DNA of 64,000 bases from contig OZ024759.1 of NCBI GenBank assembly GCA_964016885.1, positions 32,860,001 through 32,924,000 of the forward strand. Direction: 5' to 3'. Below are positions 43,785 to 62,208 of the stretch, piece by piece (positions within the stretch are counted from its first letter, which is position 1; the number at the start of each line of letters is the position of its first letter). The translations under genes and the position numbers were made by a program. The stretch comes from Eledone cirrhosa. Lineage: Eukaryota. The notes below the pieces were generated by a model. That model was not told where the DNA came from, ran no database searches, and saw only the letters and a list, made by a program, of their open reading frames with translations.

Positions 43785-46700
43785 ACCACTAACTAAACCA
43801 TCTACAGCACCACCACTACCACTACACCACCAGCATCACTACAGCACCACCAGCAGTACTACCACTACACCACTAGCTAAACCATCTACAGCACCACCAC
43901 TACCACTACACCACTAGCTAAACCATCTACAGCACCACCACTACCACTACACCACTAACTAAACCATCTACAGCACCACCACTACCACTACACCACTAAC
44001 TAAACCATCTGCAGCACCACCACTACCACTACACCACTAACTAAACCATCTACAGCACCACCACTACCACTACACCACTAACTAAACCATCTGCAGCACC
44101 ACCACTACCACTACACCACTAACTAAACCATCTACAGCACCACCACTACCACTACACCACTAACTAAACCATCTACAGCACCACCACTACCACTACACCA
44201 CTAACTAAACCATCTACAGCACCACCACTACCACTACACCACTAACTAAACCATCTGCAGCACCACCACTACCACTACACCACTAACTAAACCATCTACA
44301 GCACCACCACTACCACTACACCACTAACTAAACCATCTGCAGCACCACCACTACCACCACTACACCACTAACTAAACCATCTACAGCACCACCACTACCA
44401 CTACACCACTAACTAAACCATCTACAGCACCACCACTACCACTACACCACTAACTAAACCATCTACAGCACCACCACTACCACTACACCACTAACTAAAC
44501 CATCTACAGCACCACCACTAACTAAACCACTAACTAAACCATCTACAGCACCACCACTACCACTACACCACTAACTAAACCATCTGCAGCACCACCACTA
44601 ACTAAACCATCTACAGCACCACCACTACCACTACACCACTAACTAAACCATCTGCAGCACCACCACTACCACCACTACACCACTAACTAAACCATCTACA
44701 GCACCACCACTACCACCACTACACCACTAACTAAACCATCTACAGCACCACCACTACCACTACACCACTAACTAAACCATCTACAGCACCACCACTACCA
44801 CTACACCACTAACTAAACCATCTGCAGCACCACCACTACCACTACACCACTAACTAAACCATCTACAGCACCACCACTACCACTACACCACTAACTAAAC
44901 CATCTACAGCACCACCACTACCACTACACCACTAACTAAACCATCTGCAGCACCACCACTACCACCACTACACCACTAACTAAACCATCTACAGCACCAC
45001 CACTACCACTACACCACTAACTAAACCATCTACAGCACCACCACTACCACTACACCACTAACTAAACCATCTGCAGCACCACCACTACCACTACACCACT
45101 AACTAAACCATCTACAGCACCACCACTACCACTACACCACTAACTAAACCATCTACAGCACCACCACTACCACTACACCACTAACTAAACCATCTGCAGC
45201 ACCACCACTACCACTACACCACTAACTAAACCATCTACAGCACCACCACTACCACTACACCACTAACTAAACCATCTGCAGCACCACCACTACCACTACA
45301 CCACTAACTAAACCATCTACAGCACCACCACTACCACTACACCACTAACTAAACCATCTACAGCACCACCACTACCACCACTACACCACTAACTAAACCA
45401 TCTACAGCACCACCACTACCACTACACCACTAACTAAACCATCTACAGCACCACCACTACCACTACACCACTAACTAAACCATCTGCAGCACCACCACTA
45501 CCACTACACCACTAACTAAACCATCTGCAGCACCACCACTAACTAAACCATCTACAGCACCACCACTACCACTACACCACTAACTAAACCATCTACAGCA
45601 CCACCACTACCACTACACCACTAACTAAACCATCTACAGCACCACCACTACCACTACACCACTAACTAAACCATCTGCAGCACCACCACTAACTAAACCA
45701 TCTACAGCACCACCACTACCACTACACCACTAACTAAACCATCTGCAGCACCACCACTACCACTACACCACTAACTAAACCATCTGCAGCACCACCACTA
45801 CCACTACACCACTAACTAAACCATCTGCAGCACCACCACTAACTAAACCATCTACAGCACCACCACTACCACTACACCACTAACTAAACCATCTACAGCA
45901 CCACCACTACCACTACACCACTAACTAAACCATCTACAGCACCACCACTACCACTACACCACTAACTAAACCATCTGCAGCACCACCACTAACTAAACCA
46001 TCTACAGCACCACCACTACCACTACACCACTAACTAAACCATCTGCAGCACCACCACTACCACTACACCACTAACTAAACCATCTGCAGCACCACCACTA
46101 CCACTACACCACTAACTAAACCATCTACAGCACCACCACTACCACTACACCACTAACTAAACCATCTACAGCACCACCACTACCACTACACCACTAACTA
46201 AACCATCTGCAGCACCACCACTACCACTACACCACTAACTAAACCATCTGCAGCACCACCACTACCACTACACCACTAACTAAACCATCTACAGCACCAC
46301 CACTACCACTACACCACTAACTAAACCATCTACAGCACCACCACTACCACTACACCACTAACTAAACCATCTACAGCACCACCACTAACTAAACCATCTA
46401 CAGCACCACCACTACCACTACACCACTAACTAAACCATCTACAGCACCACCACTACCACTACACCACTAACTAAACCATCTGCAGCACCACCACTACCAC
46501 TACACCACTAACTAAACCATCTACAGCACCACCACTACCACTACACCACTAACTAAACCATCTACAGCACCACCACTAACTAAACCATCTACAGCACCAC
46601 CACTACCACTACACCACTAACTAAACCATCTACAGCACCACCACTACCACTACACCACTAACTAAACCATCTACAGCACCACCACTAACTAAACCATCTG

Positions 46701-49700
46701 CAGCACCACCACTACCACTACACCACTAACTAAACCATCTACAGCACCACCACTACCACTACACCACTAACTAAACCATCTACAGCACCACCACTACCAC
46801 TACACCACTAGCTAAACCATCTACAGCACCACCACTACCACTACACCACTAACTAAACCATCTGCAGCACCACCACTAACTAAACCATCTACAGCACCAC
46901 CACTACCACTACACCACTAGCTAAACCATCTACAGCACCACCACTACCACTACACCACTAACTAAACCATCTGCAGCACCACCACTACCACTACACCACT
47001 AACTAAACCATCTACAGCACCACCACTACCACTACACCACTAACTAAACCATCTGCAGCACCACCACTACCACTACACCACTAACTAAACCATCTACAGC
47101 ACCACCACTACCACCACTACACCACCAGCATCACTACAGCACCACCAGCAGTACTACCACTACACCACTAGCTAAACCATCTACAGCACCACCACTACCA
47201 CTACACCACTAACTAAACCATCTGCAGCACCACCACTACCACTACACCACTAGCTAAACCATCTACAGCACCACCACTACCACTACACCACTAGCTAAAC
47301 CATCTACAGCACCACCACTACCACTACACCACTAACTAAACCATCTGCAGCACCACCACTAACTAAACCATCTACAGCACCACCACTACCACTACACCAC
47401 TAACTAAACCATCTACAGCACCACCACTACCACCACTACACCACTAACTAAACCATCTACAGCACCACCACTACCACCACTACACCACCAGCATCACTAC
47501 AGCACCACCAGCAGTACTACCACTACACCACTAACTAAACCATCTGCAGCACCACCACTACCACTACACCACTAACTAAACCATCTGCAGCACCACCACT
47601 ACCACTACACCACTAACTAAACCATCTGCAGCACCACCACTACCACTACACCACTAACTAAACCATCTACAGCACCACCACTACCACTACACCACTAACT
47701 AAACCATCTACAGCACCACCACTACCACTACACCACTAACTAAACCATCTACAGCACCACCACTACCACTACACCACTAACTAAACCATCTGCAGCACCA
47801 CCACTAACTAAACCATCTACAGCACCACCAGTACCACTACACCACTAACTAAACCATCTACAGCACCACCACTACCACTACACCACTAGCTAAACCATCT
47901 ACAGCACCACCACTACCACTACACCACTAGCTAAACCATCTACAGCACCACCACTACCACTACACCACTAACTAAACCATCTGCAGCACCACCACTACCA
48001 CTACACCACTAACTAAACCATCTACAGCACCACCACTAACTAAACCACTAACTAAACCATCTGCAGCACCACCACTACCACTACACCACTAACTAAACCA
48101 TCTACAGCACCACCACTACCACTACACCACCAGCATCACTACAGCACCACCAGCAGTACTACCACTACACCACTAACTAAACCATCTACAGCACCACCAC
48201 TACCACTACACCACTAACTAAACCATCTACAGCACCACCACTACCACTACACCACTAACTAAACCATCTGCAGCACCACCACTAACTAAACCATCTACAG
48301 CACCACCACTACCACTACACCACTACCTAAACCATCTACAGCACCACCACTACCACTACACCACTAACTAAACCATCTGCAGCACCACCACTACCACTAC
48401 ACCACTAACTAAACCATCTGCAGCACCACCACTAACTAAACCATCTACAGCACCACCACTACCACTACACCACTAACTAAACCATCTACAGCACCACCAC
48501 TACCACTACACCACTAACTAAACCATCTGCAGCACCACCACTAACTAAACCATCTACAGCACCACCAGTACCACTACACCACTAACTAAACCATCTACAG
48601 CACCACCACTACCACTACACCACTAACTAAACCATCTACAGCACCACCACTACCACTACACCACTAACTAAACCATCTACAGCACCACCACTACCACTAC
48701 ACCACTAACTAAACCATCTACAGCACCACCACTACCACTACACCACTAACTAAACCATCTACAGCACCACCACTACCACTACACCACTAACTAAACCATC
48801 TACAGCACCACCACTACCACTACACCACTAACTAAACCATCTGCAGCACCACCACTAACTAAACCATCTACAGCACCACCAGTACCACTACACCACTAAC
48901 TAAACCATCTACAGCACCACCACTACCACTACACCACTAACTAAACCATCTACAGCACCACCAGTACCACTACACCACTAACTAAACCATCTACAGCACC
49001 ACCACTACCACTACACCACTAACTAAACCATCTACAGCACCACCACTACCACTACACCACTAACTAAACCATCTACAGCACCACCACTACCACTACACCA
49101 CTAACTAAACCATCTACAGCACCACCACTACCACTACACCACTAACTAAACCATCTACAGCACCACCACTACCACCACTACACCACTAACTAAACCATCT
49201 ACAGCACCACCACCACCACTACACCACCAGCATCACTACAGCACCACCAGCAGTACTACCACTACACCACTAGCTAAACCATCTACAGCACCACCACTAC
49301 CACTACACCACTAACTAAACCATCTACAGCACCACCACTACCACTACACCACTAACTAAACCATCTACAGCACCACCACTAACTAAACCACTAACTAAAC
49401 CATCTGCAGCACCACCACTAACTAAACCATCTGCAGCACCACCACTACCACTACACCACTAACTAAACCATCTACAGCACCACCACTACCACCACTACAC
49501 CACTAACTAAACCATCTACAGCACCACCACCACCACTACACCACCAGCATCACTACAGCACCACCAGCAGTACTACCACTACACCACTAGCTAAACCATC
49601 TACAGCACCACCACTACCACTACACCACTAACTAAACCATCTACAGCACCACCACTACCACTACACCACTAACTAAACCATCTACAGCACCACCACTAAC

Positions 49701-50140
49701 TAAACCACTAACTAAACCATCTGCAGCACCACCACTAACTAAACCATCTGCAGCACCACCACTACCACTACACCACTAACTAAACCATCTACAGCACCAC
49801 CACTACCACCACTACACCACTAACTAAACCATCTACAGCACCACCACCACCACTACACCACCAGCATCACTACAGCACCACCAGCAGTACTACCACTACA
49901 CCACTAGCTAAACCATCTACAGCACCACCACTACCACTACACCACTAACTAAACCATCTACAGCACCACCACTACCACTACACCACTAACTAAACCATCT
50001 ACAGCACCACCACTAACTAAACCACTAACTAAACCATCTGCAGCACCACCACTAACTAAACCATCTGCAGCACCACCACTAACTAAACCATCTACAGCAC
50101 CACCACTACCACTACACCACCAGCTAAACCATCTGCAGCA
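43785..50140. repeat. ~6.3 kb satellite, 41-bp unit
   Basis: Unit aaaccatct(a/g)cagcaccaccactaccactacaccactaact; 27-bp and 44-bp variants; 317-bp higher-order period at 49227/49544/49861. Confidence 0.95.
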
Positions 50141-50502
50141 ACAGCAACAACCAACATCAGCACGACCAACAGCAGCAGCTGTTGCAAGTGCTGATGATGT
50201 TGTTAGTACTGATGTTGTTCATATTGTTGTTGTTGCTCATGTTATTGTTGTTGATGCTGTTGTTGCTGTTGACAGTTCCAACTTATTAAATCTTCACTAC
50301 AATTTCACACCTAACTTCTTATGAACATTATTATCTCCCCTTAGTGTCTCCTCCATCTTGTTTATCTATATCCTCTACATATAAACCCCCCTCTCTCTCA
50401 TACAAAGTTATATAGATATATACCTACATACAAACATACAATATATACATTATACACACGCACACACACATATATATATACATACACGTAGAGAAATACT
50501 TT

Positions 50503-50570
<68 letters not shown>

Positions 50571-50651
50571 TATATAGATAGTATGTATATATATATACAA
50601 TATATATATATATATATATATGCATATATAGATAGTATGTATATATATATA

Positions 50652-50703
<52 letters not shown>

Positions 50704-50705
<2 letters not shown>

Positions 50706-50860
50706 CGAAGGAGTTGTGTTAAGGAACCAGATGGACCATAACGCACCAGAGTACTCAATACTTAGGGTAGTAGAGTGGGAAATAGGAAAAAGTATGACCC
50801 CGACGGCAGAGCTCAAGCCGTTTCGACGGCTATTTCTGGTCCGTCGGGGTCATACCTTTT

Positions 50861-50863
<3 letters not shown>
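50704..50863 (-). mobile_element. Fold-back family A element with deleted inverted arm
   Basis: Tail and sense arm intact; inverted arm jumps between the two ccgtc repeats. Confidence 0.85.
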
Positions 50864-50914
<51 letters not shown>

Positions 50915-51352
50915 CTGACATGCTTTTATACATATTTTTCATTCTTTCCCTCGTATATCTAACAATAGGAAAGAAGGTCTTTAAAAGACCGAAAGAAAAA
51001 AATACCAACACAAACAAAAACAAAATACACATAAAAATAATAACAATAAATCAACAACAGCAACAACAACAACATAAGAGAATAATTTTTATAGAGAAAA
51101 TCAATGTTTTGAATATAGATATATAGATATTTATATATATAAATAAATATATATATATATAAATATATATATATAGATATTTATATATATAAATAAATAT
51201 ATATATATATATATAAATATATATATATAGATATTTATATATATAAATAAATATATATATATATAAATATATATATATAGATATTTATATATATAAATAA
51301 ATATATATATATATAAATATATATATATAGATATTTATATATATAAATAAAT

Positions 51353-51427
<75 letters not shown>

Positions 51428-51428
51428 A

Positions 51429-51461
<33 letters not shown>

Positions 51462-51478
51462 AATATATATATAAATAT

Positions 51479-51515
<37 letters not shown>

Positions 51516-51580
51516 AATATATATATAAATATATATATATATATAAATTATATATATATATATAAATTATATATATATAT

Positions 51581-51644
<64 letters not shown>

Positions 51645-51720
51645 AGAGAGAGAGAAAAAAAAAAAAAAAAAATATGTTCTTCCTAATAATCGTCTCTTTC
51701 TCCCTGTTTTCATATATATG

Positions 51721-52524
<804 letters not shown>

Positions 52525-52539
52525 TATATATATATAAAT

Positions 52540-52570
<31 letters not shown>

Positions 52571-52599
52571 AATATATATATAAATATATATATATATAA

Positions 52600-52668
<69 letters not shown>

Positions 52669-52728
52669 AATATATATATATAATTATATATATATAAATA
52701 TATATATATATATAAATATATATATATA

Positions 52729-52838
<110 letters not shown>

Positions 52839-52861
52839 AATATATTTATATATATATATAA

Positions 52862-52894
<33 letters not shown>

Positions 52895-52975
52895 AATATA
52901 TATAAATATATATATAAATATATATAAATATATATATAAATATATATATAAATATATATAAATATATATATAAAT

Positions 52976-53038
<63 letters not shown>

Positions 53039-53060
53039 AATATATATGTATATATATATA

Positions 53061-53130
<70 letters not shown>

Positions 53131-53165
53131 CAAATATATATATATATAAATATATATATATATAA

Positions 53166-53260
<95 letters not shown>

Positions 53261-53576
53261 ACATATATACATATAAATATATAAATATATATACATATGA
53301 ATAACAGATTACACATATGAATATATATATATATATATATATATATAATGTGTATATTTTTTCCTCTTGCTATAATCGATGGCGTTTCTTAAGTTTGCCA
53401 ATAAATATGAGAGATCAAGGGAATCACCGGCTCTTTTGACGTATTATTAAGAACCATTTGAAGAATTCCCTCCCATCCACCTGCAAAGACAATCTTCTAC
53501 CGCCCCCACAAGCCACATTAACAAAACACACACACAGACAGACTCACACATATCTATATATTATCTCACACACACT

Positions 53577-53632
<56 letters not shown>

Positions 53633-53735
53633 TAAATATCTATCTATCTATATATATATATATATATATATATAAATATAAATATCTATCTATCTATATA
53701 TATATATATATATAAATATAAATATCTATCTATAT

Positions 53736-53781
<46 letters not shown>

Positions 53782-53792
53782 TCTATCTATAT

Positions 53793-53843
<51 letters not shown>

Positions 53844-54471
53844 TGTTTACAGTACAAAAAGAGCAACAGTCTATCAAAGAAACAAACAACAAAAAAACGC
53901 CAGAAAATAAAAAAAAGACCTACAGATGTTCTTAACACGAAACCTCCATTTTCTTCGTGCTAAAACGATCCTTAATTTTCTACAAATATTATTATTGTAT
54001 TTGCTGAAATTTCTATATGAATTACACACAGCTCTGGGCTATAATCTAAGTTATTTTTGTAACAATCTAAAATATAAAATAACAAGCGAACTTTTTGTTC
54101 CTGTTTCGTTGTAGATAAAATAATAAAAACACCGCCATTAATATAAATAATATCATAGATAATACTATTAATGATAATAACAATAATAATTAGAAAAATT
54201 ATGTTAACAATATTAATAACAGCTATAATAACAATGGTAATAATAATAATTATATTATATTTATAATAAAGAAAAAATCTATGCTAAGTGCGCGTATGTG
54301 TGTGTGTGTCTGTGTATAGTAATAATAATAAATGTATGTGTGTGTGTGTGGATATTTGTGAACACAAATGTTTATTTGTCTATTTATGTTCTGCGTATTA
54401 CACGCGTATTTATTTATCTCCATCTCTCGCACTCACACAATCTCTCATTCTTTTTTGATACATATATATAT

Positions 54472-54636
<165 letters not shown>

Positions 54637-54812
54637 GTAATAATAATAAATTTGAAGACTAAAATCCAAAGAGGGCTTGATAAGGATAACTATATATCAA
54701 ATATATAAGAACCGTAGAGCAAATATTTATTAAAATAACAGATTAAAGTTTAAGCAAAGTTTAGTTTCAGAAGATCCCGTTAGGGGTGAAAGCAGCGATT
54801 CTTTGCTTAAAC

Positions 54813-54886
<74 letters not shown>

Positions 54887-55064
54887 CAGTTTGAATCTCT
54901 GTCGATTTCACAAACAACCTAGTTGTTCACTAAAAAGGATCAGCCTGCTCGTAAAATTCCCGTAAACATGTCAGAACATTTTACAGACACCTGGGCACTT
55001 ATACGTAATTCTCAGGGAGATTCAGCGTCACTAATTATGTGACAATACAGGCTATTTTACATTA

Positions 55065-55244
55065 TGGTGGATTGACAGTATCGGTAGAGGGTCGAACGCC
55101 ATGCTTTGACGCATAGAGTTACGGCCCTTGTCATTCTGAGTTCAAATCCCGCCGAGGTTAACTTTGCCTTACGGGGTTGATAAAATAAAGTACCAGTAAT
55201 GAACTGGGTAATTGCTGGCCTTGTGCCAAAAGTAGAAACAATTA
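55065..55244 (+). mobile_element. SINE type 1, near full length
   Basis: tggtggattgacagtatcggtagag head, gagttcaaatcccgccgaggttaactttgcc, gataaaataaagtaccag, agaaacaatta. Confidence 0.85.
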
Positions 55245-55341
55245 TAGATACAGTGCATCTGACAGTGTGTGACCTCCATGCAAGCACTAAGTGACTCTAA
55301 TGAAGACTTTTGTAGCCGTTACTATGAGTTTTTGTAGATTT

Positions 55342-55428
<87 letters not shown>

Positions 55429-55612
55429 CTTCTTCCTTCTCCCCTGCTCCCCCACGCTGTCTCTAACAATATCTTGGATATCCTATTTTGAAATTGTAAT
55501 GATGCTTTTTCGAGTTAATTAAAATTCGACAAACAGACGCACACAAGCAGGTAAACCCACCTACACTTACATTCACATTCATATACGGACACAGACACAC
55601 ATACTTAAACAT

Positions 55613-55649
<37 letters not shown>

Positions 55650-55731
55650 CACACGTACACACAAAAACTATATTGTGCCGAACAATAAAAGTGAACTGGG
55701 AAATAGCAAAATTAATTACAAGATGAAATAT

Positions 55732-55785
<54 letters not shown>

Positions 55786-55902
55786 GATATATACCCACAC
55801 AAACAATCATATCCATTCACATATATATATATATGTATAAATACGCACACACATTTCTATACATATACACATATAAATAGACACACACACACACACACAC
55901 AC

Positions 55903-55943
<41 letters not shown>

Positions 55944-55945
<2 letters not shown>

Positions 55946-56133
55946 CGAAGGAAATGTGGTAAGGAACCAGATGGACCATAATGCACCAAAGTACTCAATA
56001 CTTGGGGTAGTAGAGTGGGTAATAGGAACGAGTAGGACCCCGACGGCTGAGCTCAAGCCGTTTCGACGGCTAATTCTGGACTAAAATTAGCCGTCGCAAC
56101 GGCTTGAGCTCAGCCGTCGGGGTCCTACTCGTT

Positions 56134-56138
<5 letters not shown>
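55944..56138 (-). mobile_element. Fold-back family A element
   Basis: Near-perfect palindrome ~56022-56138 plus tail; (TA)n flanks. Confidence 0.88.
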
Positions 56139-56205
<67 letters not shown>

Positions 56206-56324
56206 GTGTTTTAAGTGTGTGCTAAACAAAAACAGTCAGTCTTATCTGTGTTTGTTGTTTTCTGTATAGAAATATGATTGCAAACTACTCGCTGACCTGT
56301 GTGACTTGCATTTCATCGAGAAGT

Positions 56325-56525
56325 TGCATGGTAAGAATGTTCGGCTTCGGATTTTAAGGACATGTTTCTGTTTGAAGGAGAGAGCGCTGCCTCATGTACC
56401 TGCAGAAACCACTTTTTTCACATTGCTCCTGTCCATTGAGCTGTGTAAAAACGTGATACACCTGTAATTCAAAGGGCCAGCCTTGTCAAACATTATGTTA
56501 CGCAAAATTCTCAGAGAGAACTACC
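56325..56525 (+). mobile_element. Degenerate SINE type 2
   Basis: ttcacattgctcctgtccattgagctg...aagggccagccttgtca. Confidence 0.5.
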
Positions 56526-57260
56526 TATATCTTTAGGAAACGTGGCCCCCTGCAAGTTAGGTTCATGACCAAGCTGTTCCAGGTGTTCGAACAAAAAAAT
56601 ATCACCCTGCTCATCTAATTAAAGTCCAAGTGGCTGAGCATTCTAAACATACAAGTACCGCAATGCATTTTATCTGAGTCACTAACGTTGCTACACGTTC
56701 GTCGCCATATTTCCATATTTATTATATATTATGCTGTAGAACGAATTGCTTCTAATAAACCTTCGTTTGATTTTGTATAAGTCTAAAGACTTCTATATAT
56801 GAAGTCGTTTATGAAGTAGCAAATAGTAATAGCTTTCTTCTTGTTAAATCATTAAATCTAATAGGGTTCTGCCCAGCGCCATTACTTTCCCTTTAAAGTA
56901 AATTGCGAAGACGTTGAAAAGTGTGCGTTGAAATTAGCAGAGACCGGTCGAAATCGCTAACCGAAACGAGGAAAGAATAATGAATAAGGAATTCATACTC
57001 AGACACGCTCCTTAACATGGTAATGTGTATAATTGATAAGACATCAAAGGTTGTAAGCAAGTAAGTGTTCTAAGCGATTAGACCATTTTCATTTCTTTAA
57101 CAGAAACAAGCGATTGCATATGAGGCGAAAGGAAGCCATTTTATTTATTCACTTATTTATTTATTTATATGTTCCTGAGCAACATATGTCGTTTCACGAA
57201 GCTCCTTTCTTCTATCAGACGATTGCAGTCGGCAGATAATATCAGCAATGAAAAGACCAA

Positions 57261-57324
57261 CTATTTCTAGACTAGAAATAGCCGTCGAAACGGCTTGAGC
57301 TCTGCCGTCTGGGTCATACATTTT

Positions 57325-57329
<5 letters not shown>
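57261..57329. mobile_element. Family A remnant: one arm plus hairpin tip
   Basis: ctatttctag a ctagaaatagccgtcgaaacggcttgagctctgccgtctgggtcatacattttcctat joined to (TA)n. Confidence 0.8.
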
Positions 57330-57381
<52 letters not shown>

Positions 57382-57501
57382 TATTTCAAGCGTTAACCTA
57401 ATATATTCCTTCCACCTTCCATATACTGTACCCAATTGAGGTTGTTATTTCTGTTTGACTGTTGCACACACAAAAACACAACACACACCACGCACAAATA
57501 C

Positions 57502-57572
<71 letters not shown>

Positions 57573-58531
57573 GTTTGTTTGTTAATATGAGAAGTTGTGT
57601 ACAATAAGGTCGTTAGTTGCAGGTTTCTAACCCCGCCCCACCACCATCACCACCCACCACCGACATGTTTACTAACTATATTATCAAACAACCAATCAAT
57701 ATCCATCGGCATATATGTCAATGATGGCAGTCGTGGTGGTGGTGGCGGCAGTGGTGGTGGTGGTAGTGGTGGTGGCGGCAGTGGTGTTGTGCTGGTGTTT
57801 AACATCAGGGCTGTATTTATTTATTTATTTCTCTATCACTCTCTCTCTCTGTTTCTTTCTTTCTTTCTCACTCCATCACCAGGTTCCTCATTTCCAATCC
57901 TGTCTTACGGACTTTACCATACAAACATCCTCTCTCCCCGTCCTCACTCCCTTCCTTCCCTTTTCCTCCTCTTCCTCCCTTCCTTGCTCCCTCGCCCCTT
58001 ATTTGCTCCACCCCACCCCCTTCCTTCCTCCCACTCTTCTTTTCTTCCTCACTTCCTTTCTTATTTCCTTCTCATCATCGACCGTCCTTGCCCTTTTGTC
58101 CTTGGGCCTCGTTTCAGAAAACAATTGCCACCAATAAGATAGCTTCCTGCAGCACATGACTTGTCAATCAGAAGCCAATTAGGTAATTAACTGCTGTTTC
58201 AAACGACAAACGTTTAATATTTCCTCTCTAATTTACTAGAATAATTCTACTTCAAGAATGAAGAGAATCTCCCATATCATCGAAACATCCAACCAAACAA
58301 CAACCAAACACCCAGTCACCCCAACTAACCAGTCCCAGCCAACTACCCCACATGGTCACCCCCTGCCATCGGTTATACTAAATATACATTCCTACCTCAA
58401 AAGTTTTATTAATTCTAGCAAAGAATAGCAAAATGGTGATATGTATTTATCCTTGCTTCGATTAATATTGTAAATTACAATCCAGCAATTTATGCATAGG
58501 TTGCTTGGGGCTGCCTGGTGATTCTCCCATG

Positions 58532-58600
<69 letters not shown>

Positions 58601-58969
58601 TTATATTATATTATAAATAATAGGTGAAAAATATTGTATATTTATAAAATGTCCAAAGTTTAGACTAAATAATAATTAACAATTTATCCAAACATATATC
58701 GAATTAAGATAAAATCTAAATCACACCATTCTCTTCTTAACACACCATAATCTCTTAAATATAGATAATATATAGCAACAACAGAAACCATATATATATA
58801 CATATATCTATAGTTAAAAATAAAGAAGATAAACAAATAGATGCAAAAACACGATGTCTTATTAGTTTTGCGCTTACTAAGCATATATATATAAAAAGAA
58901 TCTATGCATATATATATAACTACCTACCTACCTAGTCACCCTGTCTCTCTTTTTCTCTCTCTCTCTATA

Positions 58970-59012
<43 letters not shown>

Positions 59013-59181
59013 CGTCTGTTTGTCTATGTGTATGAGTATGAGCAGGTGTTGTTGTTATAATTATATACATATAGACATGAAAATTAGGCCATATTTTTTA
59101 AGTGTATTATATATGGTACTTATCTGCTTTACATTATTTGCATTATTTTTTCTCATTCGCCAGGTTTTAAAAAATCAAAAT

Positions 59182-59215
<34 letters not shown>

Positions 59216-59605
59216 CGAAACACCACAAAACAGGAAAAACAAACCATATTTTTACTTCGTTATAATATAATTCCTATAGAATGAATGAAATAATGTTAAT
59301 AAAGCAGATTTAAAGATATTTTTTTCTAACACTCATAGCCAAACATTTCTGATTTTACTAATGACTCTTGCAAAGTCAGCAATACAAGCTTATTTTTTAG
59401 TAGCCATCTTTTCTTATTATATCTCCTTATTTTATGATATCACAACGGACGACACATCTTTGTGTACGCCTTCGGAACGTCTTTTGTCTTCATTGTTTTG
59501 CAGTTTTTCTATTCTATTCTATTAAATGAGGTTTATGTACTTTACTTGTATGCAGAGTCTAGTTATAGGGAGAGTGGTCTTTCTTCGGTATCGACGCTAT
59601 CAACT

Positions 59606-59653
<48 letters not shown>

Positions 59654-59701
59654 AGAGAGAGAGAGAGATAGATAGATAGATGGATAGAGAGAGAGAGCGA
59701 G

Positions 59702-59733
<32 letters not shown>

Positions 59734-59800
59734 TATAGCTGATTAAGTGAATTATATAACAGGACGATAATGAATAAGAAGGTGTAAACGAAAATTCACC

Positions 59801-59859
<59 letters not shown>

Positions 59860-60114
59860 TATATAGATATATAGGTATATATATATATATGTATAAATAC
59901 ATATTTAAATATAAATATATATATATATATTCACATAAATATCTATATACATATATATATATTTGTACACACATAAATATCTATATACATGTATATATAT
60001 ATATACACACATACATATTTATATACATATATATATATATATTCACATAAATATCTATATACATATATATATATTGACATAAATATCTATATACATACAT
60101 AAATATCTATATAT

Positions 60115-60213
<99 letters not shown>

Positions 60214-60392
60214 TGTATAAGAGATAAACGTCTGGCTGTATACAATCAACATGACGTAAGTATGTTTATATATATATATGTATGTATATATATATATGTA
60301 TGTATATATATGTTTGTATATATATATATATATATGTTTGTATATATATATGTATGTATATATATGTTTGTATATATATATATATATGTTTG

Positions 60393-60441
<49 letters not shown>

Positions 60442-60968
60442 ATATATATATATGTATGTATATATATATATGTATGTAAATATATATATGTATGTATATA
60501 TATGTGTATGTATATATATATATATATGTGTATGTATATATATATATATGTATGTATATATATATATACATGTATGTATATATATATATACATGTATGTA
60601 TATATATATATATGTATGTATATATATATATATGTACGTATATATGTATATATATGTATATATATATATATGTATATATATATATGTATATATATATGTA
60701 TGTATATATATATATGTATGTATAAATATATATATATATAGTATTAAGGATACTATTTATGGTTATTTATATACTAAAACCTTTTATAGTTATATATATT
60801 TTAAACCCTAAATAGTGAAAGACAGTAATTTATTACTACTTTATTACCAGTAAGATAAATAGCTCAATGTAATAACATCAGTTGTTCTACAGAACAGTTC
60901 TTCCAAACCTCGGTTTGGAAGAAACAATTGTAAGCGAATAAATGGTTTAAACAGAACTTTGATTCATG

Positions 60969-61036
<68 letters not shown>

Positions 61037-61306
61037 ATGTTGGTTTATACATATATATATATATATTTGTATGTAGGTATATATATATATATATATCCAT
61101 ATATAAAAAATTTGTATGTAGGTATATATATATATATATTATATATATATGTATATATATAATATATATATATATATTTTTATGTAGGTATTTATATTTG
61201 TATGTAGGTATATATATCTCTCTATATATATGTATGTAGGTATATATATATATATATAATTGTATGTAGGTATATATATATATATATATATATATTTGTA
61301 TGTATG

Positions 61307-61342
<36 letters not shown>

Positions 61343-61589
61343 TATACACAATTATATAGGAAACTGTATAGTAAAATAACCAACCTTTCTCCTCAAATAA
61401 TTTCATAACCATTTTATGAAGCTTCGTAAAATATTTTAGTCGCCATTTTGTAATTGCTTTGTTTAATCTTACGTTTCTTTCATTCTTTTTGTTTTCATTC
61501 ATTCATTATTCCATCCTTTCTCTCTCTTTCCATCTATCATTTTCTCATGTCAATTATATTAAACAATGAAACACTTTATATTTCCTATA

Positions 61590-61862
<273 letters not shown>

Positions 61863-61885
61863 CATTTATATATATATATATATAC

Positions 61886-61938
<53 letters not shown>

Positions 61939-62041
61939 CATTTATATATATATATATATACATTTATATATATATATATACATTTATATATATATATATA
62001 TATATACAGAGAGATAGATAGATAGATAGATATATACATAC

Positions 62042-62117
<76 letters not shown>

Positions 62118-62174
62118 ATATATATAAATATATAGAACTTTTTAAATCATCATTAATATTATCATTACAGTCAC

Positions 62175-62208
<34 letters not shown>

